Assembly: GCA_020137815.1 (NCBI GenBank)
Contig: CM035353.1
Span: 62,001 to 126,000, forward strand
Reading direction: 5' to 3'
Length of the DNA stretch: 64,000 nucleotides
DNA from: Hormiphora californensis
Lineage: Eukaryota > Animalia > Ctenophora
Part shown: one piece after another, positions 1 through 11,540 of the stretch
Position numbering within the stretch: the stretch's first letter is position 1
Layout of the letters: every line of letters begins with the position of its first letter
Notes under the pieces: generated by a model
Seen by the model: only the letters and a program-made list of their open reading frames with translations
Database searches by the model: none
Told to the model about the DNA's origin: nothing
Translations under genes and position numbers: made by a program

Positions 1-67
1 AGTTTGTGTTTGTATATATATACCTTTGCGTGGTATGCTAACACACCAATAAAGGCGTCTTCAACTA

Positions 68-2152
68 GGAAAAGAGGTTGAACTCCCGAATAATGGACTT
101 CTAATAGTTTCTGAAAGGAAAAGAGGTTGGACTCCTGAATAATGGACTTCTAATAGTTTCTGAAAGGAAAAGAGGTTGGACTCCCGAATAATGGACTTCT
201 AATAGTTTCTGAAAGGAAAAGAGGTTGGACTCCCGAATAGTGGACTTCTAATAGTTTCTGAAAGGAAAAGAGGTTGAACTCCTGAATAATGGACTTCTAA
301 TAGTTTCTGAAAGGAAAAGAGGTTGGACTCCCGAATAATGGACTTCTAATAGTTTCTGAAAGGAAAAGAGGTTGGACTCCCGAATAGTGGACTTCTAATA
401 GTTTCTGAAAGGAAAAGAGGTTGAACTCCCGAATAATGGACTTCTAATAGTTTCTGAAAGGAAAAGAGGCTGAACTCCCGAATAATGGACTTCTAATAGT
501 TTCTGAAAGGAAAAGAGGTTGAACTCCCGAATAATGGACTTCTAATAGTTTCTGAAAGGAAAAGAGGTTGGACTCCTGAATAATGGACTTCTAATAGTTT
601 CTGAAAGGAATAGAGGTTGCACTCCTGAATAATGGACTTCTAATAGTTTCTGAAAGGAAAAGAGGTTGAACTCCCGAATAATGGACTTCTAATAGTTTCT
701 GAAAGGAAAAGAGGTTGAACTCCCGAATAATGGACTTCTAATAGTTTCTGAAAGGAAAAGAGGTTGAACTCCCGAATAATGGACTTCTAATAGTTTCTGA
801 AAGGAAAGGAGGTTGAACTCCCGAATAATGGACTTCTAATAGTTTCTGAAAGGAAAAGAGGTTGGACTCCTGAATAATGGACTTCTAATAGTTTCTGAAA
901 GGAAAAGAGGCTGAACTCCCGAATAATGGACTTCTAATAGTTTCTGAAAGGAATAGAGGTTGAACTCCCGAATAATGGACTTCTAATAGTTTCTGAAAGG
1001 AAAAGAGGTTGAACTCCCGAATAATGGACTTCTAATAGTTTCTGAAAGGAAAAGAGGTTGCACTCCCGAATAATGGACTTCTAATAGTTTCTGAAAGGAA
1101 AAGAGGTTGAACTCCCGAATAATGGACTTCTAATAGTTTCTGAAGGGAAAAGAGGTTGGACTCCTGAATAATTGACTTCTAATAGTTTCTGAAGGGAAAA
1201 GAGGTTGGACTCCTGAATAATGGACTTCTAATAGTTTCTGAAAGGAAAAGAGGTTGAACTCCCGAATAATGGACTTCTAATAGTTTCTGAAAGGAAAAGA
1301 GGTTGGACTCCCGAATAATGGACTTCTAATAGTTTCTGAAAGGAAAAGAGGCTGAACTCCCGAATAATGGACTTCTAATAGTTTCTGAAAGGAAAAGAGG
1401 TTGAACTCCCGAATAATGGACTTCTAATAGTTTCTGAAAGGAAAAGAGGCTGAACTCCCGAATAATGGACTTCTAATAGTTTCTGAAAGGAATAGAGGTT
1501 GAACTCCCGAATAATGGACTTCTAATAGTTTCTGAAAGGAAAAGAGGTTGGACTCCCGAATAATGGACTTCTAATAGTTTCTGAAAGGAAAAGAGGCTGG
1601 ACTCCTGAATAATGGACTTCTAATAGTTTCTGAAAGGAAAAGAGGTTGAACTCCCGAATAATGGACTTCTAATAGTTTCTGAAAGGAAAAGAGGTTGAAC
1701 TCCCGAATAATGGACTTCTAATAGTTTCTGAAAGGAAAAGAGGTTGGACTCCTGAATAATGGACTTCTAATAGTTTCTGAAAGGAAAAGAGGTTGAACTC
1801 CCGAATAATGGACCTCTAATAGTTTCTGAAAGGAAAAGAGGTTGAACTCCCGAATAATGGACTTCTAATAGTTTCTGAAAGGAAAAGAGGTTGAACTCCT
1901 GAATAATGGACTTCTAATAGTTTCTGAAAGGAAAAGAGGTTGAACTCCCGAATAATGGACCTCTAATAGTTTCTGAAAGGAAAAGAGGTTGAACTCCCGA
2001 ATAATGGACTTCTAATAGTTTCTGAAAGGAAAAGAGGTTGAACTCCCGAATAATGGACTTCTAATAGTTTCTGAAAGGAATAGAGGTTGAACTCCCGAAT
2101 AATGGACTTCTAATAGTTTCTGAAAGGAAAAGAGGTTGCACTCCTGAATAAT
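68..2152 (+). repeat. 49-bp tandem satellite, left array (~42 copies)
   Basis: Unit GGAAAAGAGGTTGAACTCCCGAATAATGGACTTCTAATAGTTTCTGAAA recurs every 49 bp (68, 117, ...) with few substitutions and no spacers. Confidence 0.98.
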
Positions 2153-2272
2153 GGGGGGGGTTCAACCTAAAAATTTCCATTTCCATTTGCCAAAATCCGG
2201 GTATCGATGGAAATTTTTAGAAATTTTTAGAAATTTTTAGAAGTTTTTAGAAATTTTTAGAAGTTTTTAGTA

Positions 2273-3143
2273 CAGTCGGACCCCGATTTAGGGACACCCT
2301 CGGGGGAAAGGGTCTTGTCCACTAAATCGGGGTGTCCACTAAATCGGGGTGAGCCATATTTGGCCCATAAAAAACCTATTTTATGCCCAAAATGCTATAT
2401 TATTAAGACACATCTAACTGTTATATGCAATAGTCATGTATTGATGACATGATCATTTCTGATTAGAAATAGAAAAAATATAAAATAATTTTTTTTCAAA
2501 AAAATGTGAAAAAATTTCTAAGTTATACCAGCCCGTCCGATTTGTGTTTCGAATCGGTGCAGCTTACTGGATGTCCTGTCTAATTAGCGGGTTCTTAACG
2601 AACCGATCCGTGATACCATGCCGAATTGGGGCACCGTAAGCGGGTGAGGAAGTATCAAAATTTCAAAATAACTTTATCTCTCAAAATTCATGGGGAGCAC
2701 CGATCAAAGCATTGACAATCCGTACTGTAAAATTTTGCAAAAAAGTTTTAAAATTTTTTAAAGGTATGCCAGCCACATCCGAATCGTGTTTCGAATCGGT
2801 GCATCTTATCGCATGTCCATGTCCTGCTGCTAATTAGACGGAACGAATCGAAACGTGATCCCCATCGAATCGAAATTTTGACGCTTGGTGAACTTGTGAT
2901 TCAATGGCCCCATGCGGATCACGTATCGGTTCGTTCCGAATCGTCTATTTAGCAGCAGGATATGCGATAAGATTCACTGATTCGAAACAGGATTCGAACG
3001 TGGCTGGTATCTTTTTGAAAAATTTTCAAAAAATTTCACAAAAAATTTTACAAAAAAAATTCAAAAAATTTTCGGGGGAAAAAAATCCTGTCCCTAAATC
3101 GGGGTGCCACTAAATCGGGGGCCCCTAAATCGGGGTCCGACTG
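2273..3143. mobile_element. Non-autonomous Tc1/mariner(pogo)-type MITE, CAGTCGGACCCCGATTTA family
   Basis: TIR CAGTCGGACCCCGATTTAG ... CTAAATCGGGGTCCGACTG flanked by TA on both sides; imperfect internal inverted repeats. Confidence 0.85.
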
Positions 3144-4065
3144 TACTAAAAATTTCCAAAAATTTCTAAAAATTTCCAAAAATTTCCATTAATTTCCAAA
3201 AATTTCTAAAAATTTCTAAAAATTTCCAAAAATTTCCATTGACCAAGAAAAGAAAAATTAACAAAAACTTGAAAATATATAAACACAGTTGTCGAAGAAC
3301 TGGTTCCTTTTCCTTACCTCTTGTGACAACTGAGCATCAATAAGTTATTGAATGATAGATAAGACATCAATATCATATATTTTTGGGCAATCCGTACAAT
3401 TTCTTCAGAAATCATAGCTTCATTGGACAACTAAGGACGCGGACGTCTCGAAAACTGATTTAAAAGTAAGTTACCAAATAGCACAAGATACCTTATGTAC
3501 TTATATAAGGTGCTATTTGGTAACTTACTTTTAAATATTCCTTCGGACGGGTCCTTTTACCATGACTAATGCTTAAAAATTTAATACCGTAGTAGATCAG
3601 TTTTCTTAGCATACAATATAGAAACTTAAACTCTTTTTTAAACTCGATAAGGGATATAGCGAGAATAAGTACTAACTTACTGTCGAAAACATGCATAGAT
3701 TACCTGTCATTACCTTGGAATTGGGTTACCGACGAACTTATATAAACTTCTAAAAGTTTCTAAAAATTTCTAAAAATTTCTAAAAATTTCTAAAAACTTC
3801 TAAAAATTTCTAAAAATTTCCATTTACTAAAAACTTCCAAAAATTTCCATTGTCCATAAATTTCTAAAAATTTCTAAAAATTTCTAAAAATTTCCAAAAA
3901 ATTCTAAAAATTTCCAAAAATTTCCAAAAATTTCTAAAAATTTCTAAAAATTTCCAAAATAAAATTTCCACACCGGAAGTCGTCGGTGAACTGATCAAGA
4001 AACACCCACCTAGTTCAGAGACATCATCCCTTCTTCAAGGACCAGCACTCCCGAATACACATTGC

Positions 4066-6291
4066 ATGTTCTCTGAGATATCAGCTGGGGCAGTAACCAA
4101 GGCAGCGAAAATGTTATCCGGATCAGGAGGACCATCAGGGGCTGACTCCGATCTATGGAAGCATATGCTGCTATCCAAGAAACTCAGTCCTGCATCTTCC
4201 GAGCTAGCGCAGGCTATTGCCACCTTTGCCTTCAAACTAGCAACAGAACCTACAGATCCAAAACTTTTATCAGCCTATGTTGCATCTCGCTTGGTTCCAC
4301 TGAGCAAACGGCCAACAGGTATCAGGCCCATTGGAATAGGGGAAGTTCTGAGGAGACTGGCTGGAAAAGTCATTACCCAAGCTCTCAAACCAGACCTGAT
4401 AGAGTGTACTGCACCCGTCCAGCTGTGTGCAGGGTTGGAAGGCGGCGTTGAAGCTGCTGTTCACGCTGCTAGAGACTTGTTTGATCTTGAGAGTACTGAA
4501 TGTTTATTGTTAATTGATGCGAGTAATGCTTTCAACTCCCTAAATCGAATTGCTGCTTTAAACAACGTTAAATACACTTGCCCTGAATTTAAGATTTATT
4601 TACAAAATACATATGGACTAACCGCGAACTTATTTTTATGCGATGGCGAGAACAATGAAGTTTTGAAGTCGTCTGAAGGGACAACCCAGGGAGATACTGC
4701 TGCTATGCATATGTACGCTTGCTGCCTAATGCCGCTTATACGGTCTGTTGAGGATAAGGACTCTAAATTGACTCAAATCTTTTACGCAGACGACGGCCTT
4801 GGCGGGGGCACTCTCAGTACTGTAAAAACCTGGTGGGAGAAAGTTAAACAAGATGGACCTGGTTATGGCTATCTCCCAAATCCAGGGAAATCCTGGCTGA
4901 TTGTGAAACCAGAATTTGAAGAAGCTGCTCGATCCATGTTCCCTGATGTAAACATCACTTCTCAGGGCCAGCGCTACCTGGGTTCATACATTGGTACGGA
5001 GGAAGGTCAGGCAGAGTTTGTGAGGAGCGAAGTTGCGAAATGGGAGAGTGAAATTGATCAGATTTGTGACATTGCCCTGAACGAACCTCAGCTTGCATAC
5101 ACTGCATACAACATCGGACTATCAAAACGTTGGAGCTATCTCATGAGAACCACTCCTGGGATTTCGGATCAACTAGGCACTATTGAGGAGAAAATTCATC
5201 AGAAGCTCCTCCCTGCGATAACCGGTCAGCCAGTTGTAAATGAAACCTTGAGATTGGTTGCAGCCCTCCCTGTAAGATTCGGAGGACTAGGAGTAGACAA
5301 CCCTCAAATATCATCAGACTCAGACTACAGTTTCTCAAAGTTTGTTACTGAAGAGCTCTCAGTTGCAGTCCTAGCTCAACAGGAAACATTCAAAATCAAC
5401 CAAAAGGAACGAGCAGAGAAGAAAACCCTCATCCACCGAACCAAGAACGATATTCATCAGAAGAAAATCGACGAGATCAAAAACATGATGACTACAGCTG
5501 AAATCAGAAACCTGGACCTACTCACGGAAAAGGGGGCCTCATCCTGGTTAACATGTCTCCCTCTCCAATCTTTGAACTTCACCCTCAACAGACAGGAGTG
5601 GCACGACGCCATGTCAGCCCGTTATAACCTGCCTCTCGTCGGACAGGCCTTACCTCAGCATTGCGCATGTGGGGAAGAAAACACCATCGATCACCTCATA
5701 TCCTGTAAACTCGGAGGTTTTGTATGTTTCCGACACAACAACGTGAGAGATTTCATTGGCCACGAACTGAATAAAGTATGTGTCGACACTAAGATCGAAC
5801 CCCATCTCCTAAATGTTAGAGGGGTGAATCTTCCGGCTGGCACTATAACAGCCGATGGGGCCAGACTTGACATCAGTAGTCGCGGCTTTTGGTCGGATAT
5901 GGACAATATCTATTTCGATGTAAGGATTTTCAATCCAAGGATATCGTCCAACTCAAACCAGACCATCGCCAAAACATATGAAAAACACGAGAGAGAGAAG
6001 AAAACATCCTACCTCCACCGTGTCCTAGAGGTGGAAAAGTCAACATTCACACCACTGGTAATGTCAACTACAGGGGGCCTCGGAAGGGAATTTAATAAGA
6101 CTTTGAAACAATTGGCTGAGAAGAAGGCGACTAAAACAGGATATTCATACGATCAGTGTATCCGGTACCTGAGGCTAAGGTTGTCATTTGCCATGGTCCG
6201 CTCCGTCACCATTTCCATCAGGGGGCACCGCGGACGACTGAGGGCAGAAGGCAGCAGCGGTCGGGATGACAGTATCTACCAAATAGACTAA
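4066..6291 (+). CDS. CRE-clade non-LTR retrotransposon reverse transcriptase + restriction-like endonuclease (5'-truncated)
   Basis: RT motifs GIRPIGIGEVLRRL, LIDASNAFNSLNR, GTTQGD, FYADD; C-terminal CACG..DHLISC zinc knuckle, RHN, and ARLDI...FDVRI...EREKK RLE motifs. The frame stays open upstream to ~3970 (ELIKKHPP..LLQGP), so the ATG at 4066 is internal. Confidence 0.93.
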   Translation: MFSEISAGAVTKAAKMLSGSGGPSGADSDLWKHMLLSKKLSPASSELAQAIATFAFKLATEPTDPKLLSAYVASRLVPLSKRPTGIRPIGIGEVLRRLAGKVITQALKPDLIECTAPVQLCAGLEGGVEAAVHAARDLFDLESTECLLLIDASNAFNSLNRIAALNNVKYTCPEFKIYLQNTYGLTANLFLCDGENNEVLKSSEGTTQGDTAAMHMYACCLMPLIRSVEDKDSKLTQIFYADDGLGGGTLSTVKTWWEKVKQDGPGYGYLPNPGKSWLIVKPEFEEAARSMFPDVNITSQGQRYLGSYIGTEEGQAEFVRSEVAKWESEIDQICDIALNEPQLAYTAYNIGLSKRWSYLMRTTPGISDQLGTIEEKIHQKLLPAITGQPVVNETLRLVAALPVRFGGLGVDNPQISSDSDYSFSKFVTEELSVAVLAQQETFKINQKERAEKKTLIHRTKNDIHQKKIDEIKNMMTTAEIRNLDLLTEKGASSWLTCLPLQSLNFTLNRQEWHDAMSARYNLPLVGQALPQHCACGEENTIDHLISCKLGGFVCFRHNNVRDFIGHELNKVCVDTKIEPHLLNVRGVNLPAGTITADGARLDISSRGFWSDMDNIYFDVRIFNPRISSNSNQTIAKTYEKHEREKKTSYLHRVLEVEKSTFTPLVMSTTGGLGREFNKTLKQLAEKKATKTGYSYDQCIRYLRLRLSFAMVRSVTISIRGHRGRLRAEGSSGRDDSIYQID

Positions 6292-6459
6292 ATCTTTATT
6301 TATATGATTTATTGACCCCGTTTGTTTAATTTATTATTGACATTGTAAGTGTGTGTACCACTATTTATATTCAAGGCCAATATCGGCCGACCCCCCCCCC
6401 CAAAAAATTTGCCAAAAAAGTGGGTATCAATGGAAATTTTTAGGGTTGAACCCCCCCCC

Positions 6460-7516
6460 AATAATGGACTTCTAATAGTTTCTGAAAGGAAAAGAGGTTG
6501 AACTCCCGAATAATGGACTTCTAATAGTTTCTGAAAGGAAAAGAGGTTGAACTCCTGAATAATGGACTTCTAATAGTTTCTGAAAGGAAAAGAGGTTGAA
6601 CTCCCGAATAATGGACTTCTAATAGTTTCTGAAAGGAAAAGAGGTTGAACTCCCGAATAATGGACCTCTAATAGTTTCTGAAAGGAAAAGAGGTTGAACT
6701 CCCGAATAATGGACCTCTAATAGTTTCTGAAAGGAAAAGAGGCTGAACTCCCGAATAATGGACTTCTAATAGTTTCTGAAAGGAAAAGAGGTTGAACTCC
6801 CGAATAATGGACTTCTAATAGTTTCTGAAAGGAATAGAGGTTGGACTCCCGAATAATGGACTTCTAATAGTTTCTGAAAGGAAAAGAGGTTGAACTCCCG
6901 AATAATGGACCTCTAATAGTTTCTGAAAGGAAAAGAGGTTGAACTCCCGAATAATGGACCTCTAATAGTTTCTGAAAGGAAAAGAGGCTGAACTCCCGAA
7001 TAATGGACTTCTAATAGTTTCTGAAAGGAAAAGAGGTTGAACTCCCGAATAATGGACTTCTAATAGTTTCTGAAAGGAAAAGAGGTTGAACTCCCGAATA
7101 ATGGACTTCTAATAGTTTCTGAAAGGAAAAGAGGTTGGACTCCTGAATAATGGACCTCTAATAGTTTCTGAAAGGAAAAGAGGCTGAACTCCCGAATAAT
7201 GGACTTCTAATAGTTTCTGAAAGGAATAGAGGTTGAACTCCCGAATAATGGACTTCTAATAGTTTCTGAAAGGAAAAGAGGTTGAACTCCCGAATAATGG
7301 ACTTCTAATAGTTTCTGAAAGGAAAAGAGGTTGCACTCCCGAATAATGGACTTCTAATAGTTTCTGAAAGGAAAAGAGGTTGAACTCCCGAATAATGGAC
7401 TTCTAATAGTTTCTGAAGGGAAAAGAGGTTGGACTCCTGAATAATTGACTTCTAATAGTTTCTGAAGGGAAAAGAGGTTGGACTCCTGAATAATGGACTT
7501 CTAATAGTTTCTGAAA
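6460..7516 (+). repeat. 49-bp tandem satellite, right array (~21 copies)
   Basis: The same unit resumes in register after the duplicated AATAAT. Confidence 0.98.
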
Positions 7517-7844
7517 AAGTCAAACGGTGTGTCAGGGAATATACTTCAAAGTTCAAAGATAAATTCAACCCTCACAAACAAAGAGGGGAATGAAGTCCAA
7601 TTGAATTTGTACATCGTGTACTTATACATGTCATGTTGTATTTACTCTAATACAGAATAATGAGAATCACTATATATAAATTGCTAGATAGTTACCATAA
7701 TAGCTTGTTTGTTAAGGGAATATCCGCCACCACTACAATATGGGGGGAAACGATCAGGCTCCCACTCTTCCTTAGTCACCTGGTACCTTCCATTCCTGAA
7801 CACCGGCATTCCTGAAACACGTAACTTAATGGGTATGCAGTATA

Positions 7845-7966
7845 ACTAAATGTGATATTACTAAATGTGATATTACTGAATGTGATATTACTGAATGTGG
7901 TATTACTAAATGTGATATTACTAAATGTGATATTACTAAATGTGATATTACTAAATGTGATATTAC
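7845..7966 (+). repeat. 15-bp minisatellite (ACTAAATGTGATATT)n, ~8 copies
   Basis: Direct tandem repeat; it explains the spurious NITFS/NVILL ORFs. Confidence 0.95.
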
Positions 7967-7970
7967 TTAA

Positions 7971-9269
7971 GGGTACGCTAACCAAATTTTTTTTTCGAGT
8001 GCAGGGAAATCTCTCACCGCAGGGTTGTAGGCCATGCAAAGGAGACCTCAAATATGCAATTTTAGCCCTCAAGTCGAATTCATATTTTTGCTACAGCCGT
8101 TTTAAAATCGTCTTGAAAATTTCTGAAAAGACGTTTTTGACACCCTAAAAATACATTTTCAGGGCTAGAAGCTTAAAATTATGGGGATTTGAAGGGGATA
8201 GGAAGGTTTATCGACACAAAAATTTTTATTAAAATCGGTGATGATTTTCGGTCTTGAGATTGATTTACTTTTTTCCCTCTTAAAGGCCCTATTTAGCAAA
8301 GTTCCGAAAGTTTGTGAAGGCTGTAAATTGGTGAAAAGTTGCGTCTAACGATTATCTAAGTGGCCACAAATTTTTGGCGTGTCCTTATTTGAGACAAGTT
8401 GTACAGAGCTTTTTTTGTGAAAGCCGTTTTTTTAGAAATAAAGAAATAGCCTGTATCTCAAAAACGACTGATTTTAGAGACCTGAGACCAAGCTTAAACG
8501 ATTCAGAAGGTCCGATTTTGGGGGGGTCTTCTGAGAGACATTTTTCTCCTACTTCAACGGTTTTTGCTGTAATTGCGAAAAAGGATTTAGCAAGAAGGTG
8601 GAAAAGCAGCACGAAGCAGGCTGTCGGAACTCCTCTTTTGCCCTCTTCAAAGGATTTGTTTTTCGCAATTACAGCGAAAACCGTTGGAGTAGGAGAAAAA
8701 TGTCTCTCAGAAGACCCCCCCAAAATCGGACCTTCTGAATCGTTTAAGCTTGGTCTCAGGTCTCTAAAATTAGTCGTTTTTGAGATACCGGCTATTTCTT
8801 TATTTCTAAAAAAACGGCTTTCACAAAAAAGCTCTGTACAACTTGTCTCAAATAAGGACACGCCAAAAATTTGTGGCCACTTAGATAATCGTTAGACGCA
8901 ACTTTTCGCCAATTTACAGCCTTCACAAACTTTCGGAACTTTGCTAAATAGGGCCTTTAAGAGGGAAAAAAGTAAATCAATCTCACGACCGAAAATCATC
9001 ACCGATTTCAATAAAAATTTTTGTGTCAATAAACCTTCCTATCCCCTTCAAATCCCCAAAATTTTAAGCTTCTAGCCCTGAAAATGTATTTTTAGGGTAT
9101 CAAAAACGTCTTTTCAGAAATTTTCAAGACGATTTTAAAACGGCTGTAGCAAAAATATGAATTCGACTTGAGGGCTAAAATTGCATATTTGAGGTCTCCT
9201 GGGCATGGCCTACAATCCTGCGGTGAGAGATTTCCCTGCACTCGAAAAAAATTTTTGGTTAGCGTACCC
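7971..9269. mobile_element. Palindromic non-autonomous DNA transposon with TTAA TSD (Kolobok-like)
   Basis: TTAA|GGGTACGCTAACC ... GGTTAGCGTACCC|TTAA; ~620-bp near-perfect inverted arms around a ~60-bp spacer. TTAA with 5'-RR termini fits Kolobok better than piggyBac. Confidence 0.85.
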
Positions 9270-10149
9270 TTAATGCGGTATAGCTAAATGTGATACATTA
9301 CTCGCCCACACAATGTAATGGGAATGTAGTGGGACCCTTGGGAATGTAGTGGGACCCTTAATTGAGGCATTGCCTTGTGGTGCCCTTGTGTGTTTTGTGT
9401 GATGTGATTAGATGTTTTTTTAAGTTGCCCTAAATTATTTTCCCAATATATGGACGTAGAGAGACAAGACCCGGTGAATAAATCCAGTAAGAATCAGTGA
9501 TTTATTCAAATGTATTCAAACTAATCTAAGCCTAAGAAGTGTGTGAAAATTAGTATACCTCCAAAGCGGACGCCTCCATAAAAAGGTACGGTGAGGTCTT
9601 GTTGTTTCATCAACAAGTCCAGTTTTGAGAGGTGTATTATCGTGTCATCATCGCACTTCACCATTACATCAAAATCATACCTGATAGGGGGGTGTGATCA
9701 GGGGGTTGTATAGCATTAAAATCACGAATCACGTGATCTGCAGTTGAGCGCAGTCATGTGACGTCATGAATCACGTGACTGCACTCAGAAATGAGCACAG
9801 TCACGTGATGCCCTTTTCCACCCACTCCCGCAGCATGCTAGGTCGTGTTACCAAGCAGTTTCACCATGCACGCCGTGGTGGTGGTGGTGGTGAATATTAT
9901 AGTGAAGTAACATGCTCTATATAAACTGATTGGTGGATGGCCTGCCTGAAAGTAGTAGAGAATTGAATTTGTCTGGCATATTTTCGACTGGACACCCGAA
10001 TGATACCATATTATGATATCTTCTCCACATCCTTGTTTTGTTCAACCCCAGTCTAGCTAGGCAACCGCATCCATAGTTTTGTACGTGCCCCATCTTTGCC
10101 CTCTGTCTTCTCGACGCTGCACAGCCCTGTCTCTCTCCGTCACATGAGT

Positions 10150-10808
10150 ATATACCCTGCTAACTTAAATAACCCGCCAGTCCCACTAGCGCGCTCTCAA
10201 TAAACAGCCAGTCCAGCGGCAGATTATTTCCCACTGGCAGGTTATTTATTTTGAACATTCAAAGTGTGTGTAAATGATCAGTTCTTACTAAAATACAGAG
10301 GGAACACTATGTGCAACACTTACACACTACATTGGAGAGAAAGAAAGGACACATTCCGTCAATTACTCTCTCTTTATCTCCCCTTTTGTCTCACTATCTC
10401 TTCCTCTGTGTTATGTGTGACATGCCCCTTATCAGGCTATTTCTTTCACTCTCTTTCCTTAGCAACTGCTTAGTAACTGTTACCAAACAGTGTACACTCA
10501 ATTGTGAGGTGTTTTAACTATTTCTCAGTCCTCTTTGAGTGTTTTGATTAGTGTTCTCTCTCTTGTTGGTGTGTAATACTTGAAATAAACAACTAAAGCA
10601 GGGTATATAACCTATAAACTCTGACCACTGGCACGTTATAGGTTTAAACCCCTCCGCCTCTCCCTCGGCTCCGCCTCGGGATCGTCGTCGTGATTTAAAC
10701 CAGTTTATCCGCCAGCGGCGGATAAACTTCAGCTAACTTCTCCCAGCGGCGCGCTGGGAGAAAGTTATCTGAAATAACGCGCCAGTGGCCAGAGTTTATA
10801 CCTCATAT
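10150..10808 (+). mobile_element. Interspersed repeat with two consecutive inverted-repeat pairs (second copy at 52978-53655)
   Basis: TATACCCTGCT...AGCAGGGTATA followed by ATAAACTCTGACCACTGGCACGTTAT...ATAACGCGCCAGTGGCCAGAGTTTAT; a diverged reverse-complement copy lies at 52978-53655. Confidence 0.8.
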
Positions 10809-11129
10809 ATATACTGCTAATTTAACATCAACATTGATGGTTGCTATTCAATCAAGAGTCGCACAAGAGAGCAGCGTGGCTGTACACGGTTGAATGAAAA
10901 ACCCGGAGAAGGCTAAGGTGTCAGTTTGACAACAAGAGTGGTCACTGACCACTGGTCAGTGACCAGTGACCAGTGGTCACTGACCACTGGTCACCTTTCC
11001 AGTCAACTAATTTCTGTTAGTTTTTTGCATAATTATAATTATTATCATTATTATTATACTATTTATCGAGGCAATGAAATAGAAAGTGACATCCTATAAC
11101 ACCACATCTATCACTGCACAGGTCAGATC

Positions 11130-11540
11130 ATGAGCAGACTAACGAGATACTTCAAGTTGATCTCTTGTTGTGCCATTGCACTTATCCTACTTCTAGTCAC
11201 AAACCAACGCCATTCCATCAATGTCTCAGACTGTGGATGGCAGGAATCGTCCAGGTCGAGCCGTCCAGCAACACCAAGACCAGATGTTACAGCCGAGAAA
11301 GATTTCAGAGAAGAGGAGAGCGAGGTCAGAGAGGGTTTATCTGATGGGGAGGATGATCATAAGGAGAATTGGCCCACAGAAGAGAGAAACCTGGAGGGAA
11401 TTTCAGAAGAGAGATACCCTGAGGTTCATTCTAGGGTGCAAGCTCGAATGTCTTACATTAGGGAAGTGTGTGAAAGAGAGAAACCTGTCCGAATCCTCAT
11501 TTGTACCATTTATGGGGTACATGAAATGCTTGACTCCTAA
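11130..11540 (+). CDS. First coding exon or fragment of a type II membrane protein, possibly a carbohydrate sulfotransferase N-terminus
   Basis: CAG acceptor just before the ATG; short basic N-terminus, signal anchor LISCCAIALILLLV, acidic stem, then RVQARMSYIREVC, resembling the pre-catalytic helix of CHST-type enzymes. No catalytic exons found. Confidence 0.4.
   Translation: MSRLTRYFKLISCCAIALILLLVTNQRHSINVSDCGWQESSRSSRPATPRPDVTAEKDFREEESEVREGLSDGEDDHKENWPTEERNLEGISEERYPEVHSRVQARMSYIREVCEREKPVRILICTIYGVHEMLDS

Larger units (their letters stand above)
2153..6459. mobile_element. TIR-bounded composite insertion in the satellite, containing a MITE and a CRE-clade RT ORF
   Basis: Left end G8-TTCAACCTAAAAATTTCCAT and right end ATGGAAATTTTTAGGGTTGAA-C9 are inverted repeats. 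AATAAT(GG) is duplicated at 2147-2152 and 6460-6465 (TSD 6-8 bp, ambiguous because of the G run). Internal AAATTT(C/T)TA-type 10-bp repeats. Confidence 0.85.

Noticed and set aside
3340-3740. Mitochondrial large-subunit rRNA fragment (NUMT)
   Set aside because: Only faint resemblance of a few short words (GATAAGAC, AGGGATA); not supportable without alignment.
68-7516. CRISPR array next to an RT gene
   Set aside because: The repeats are contiguous with no unique spacers, there are no cas genes, and the RT is a eukaryotic CRE-clade enzyme.
8374-8895. Mirror ORFs of 173 and 158 aa
   Set aside because: By-product of the palindromic transposon; no transposase motifs.
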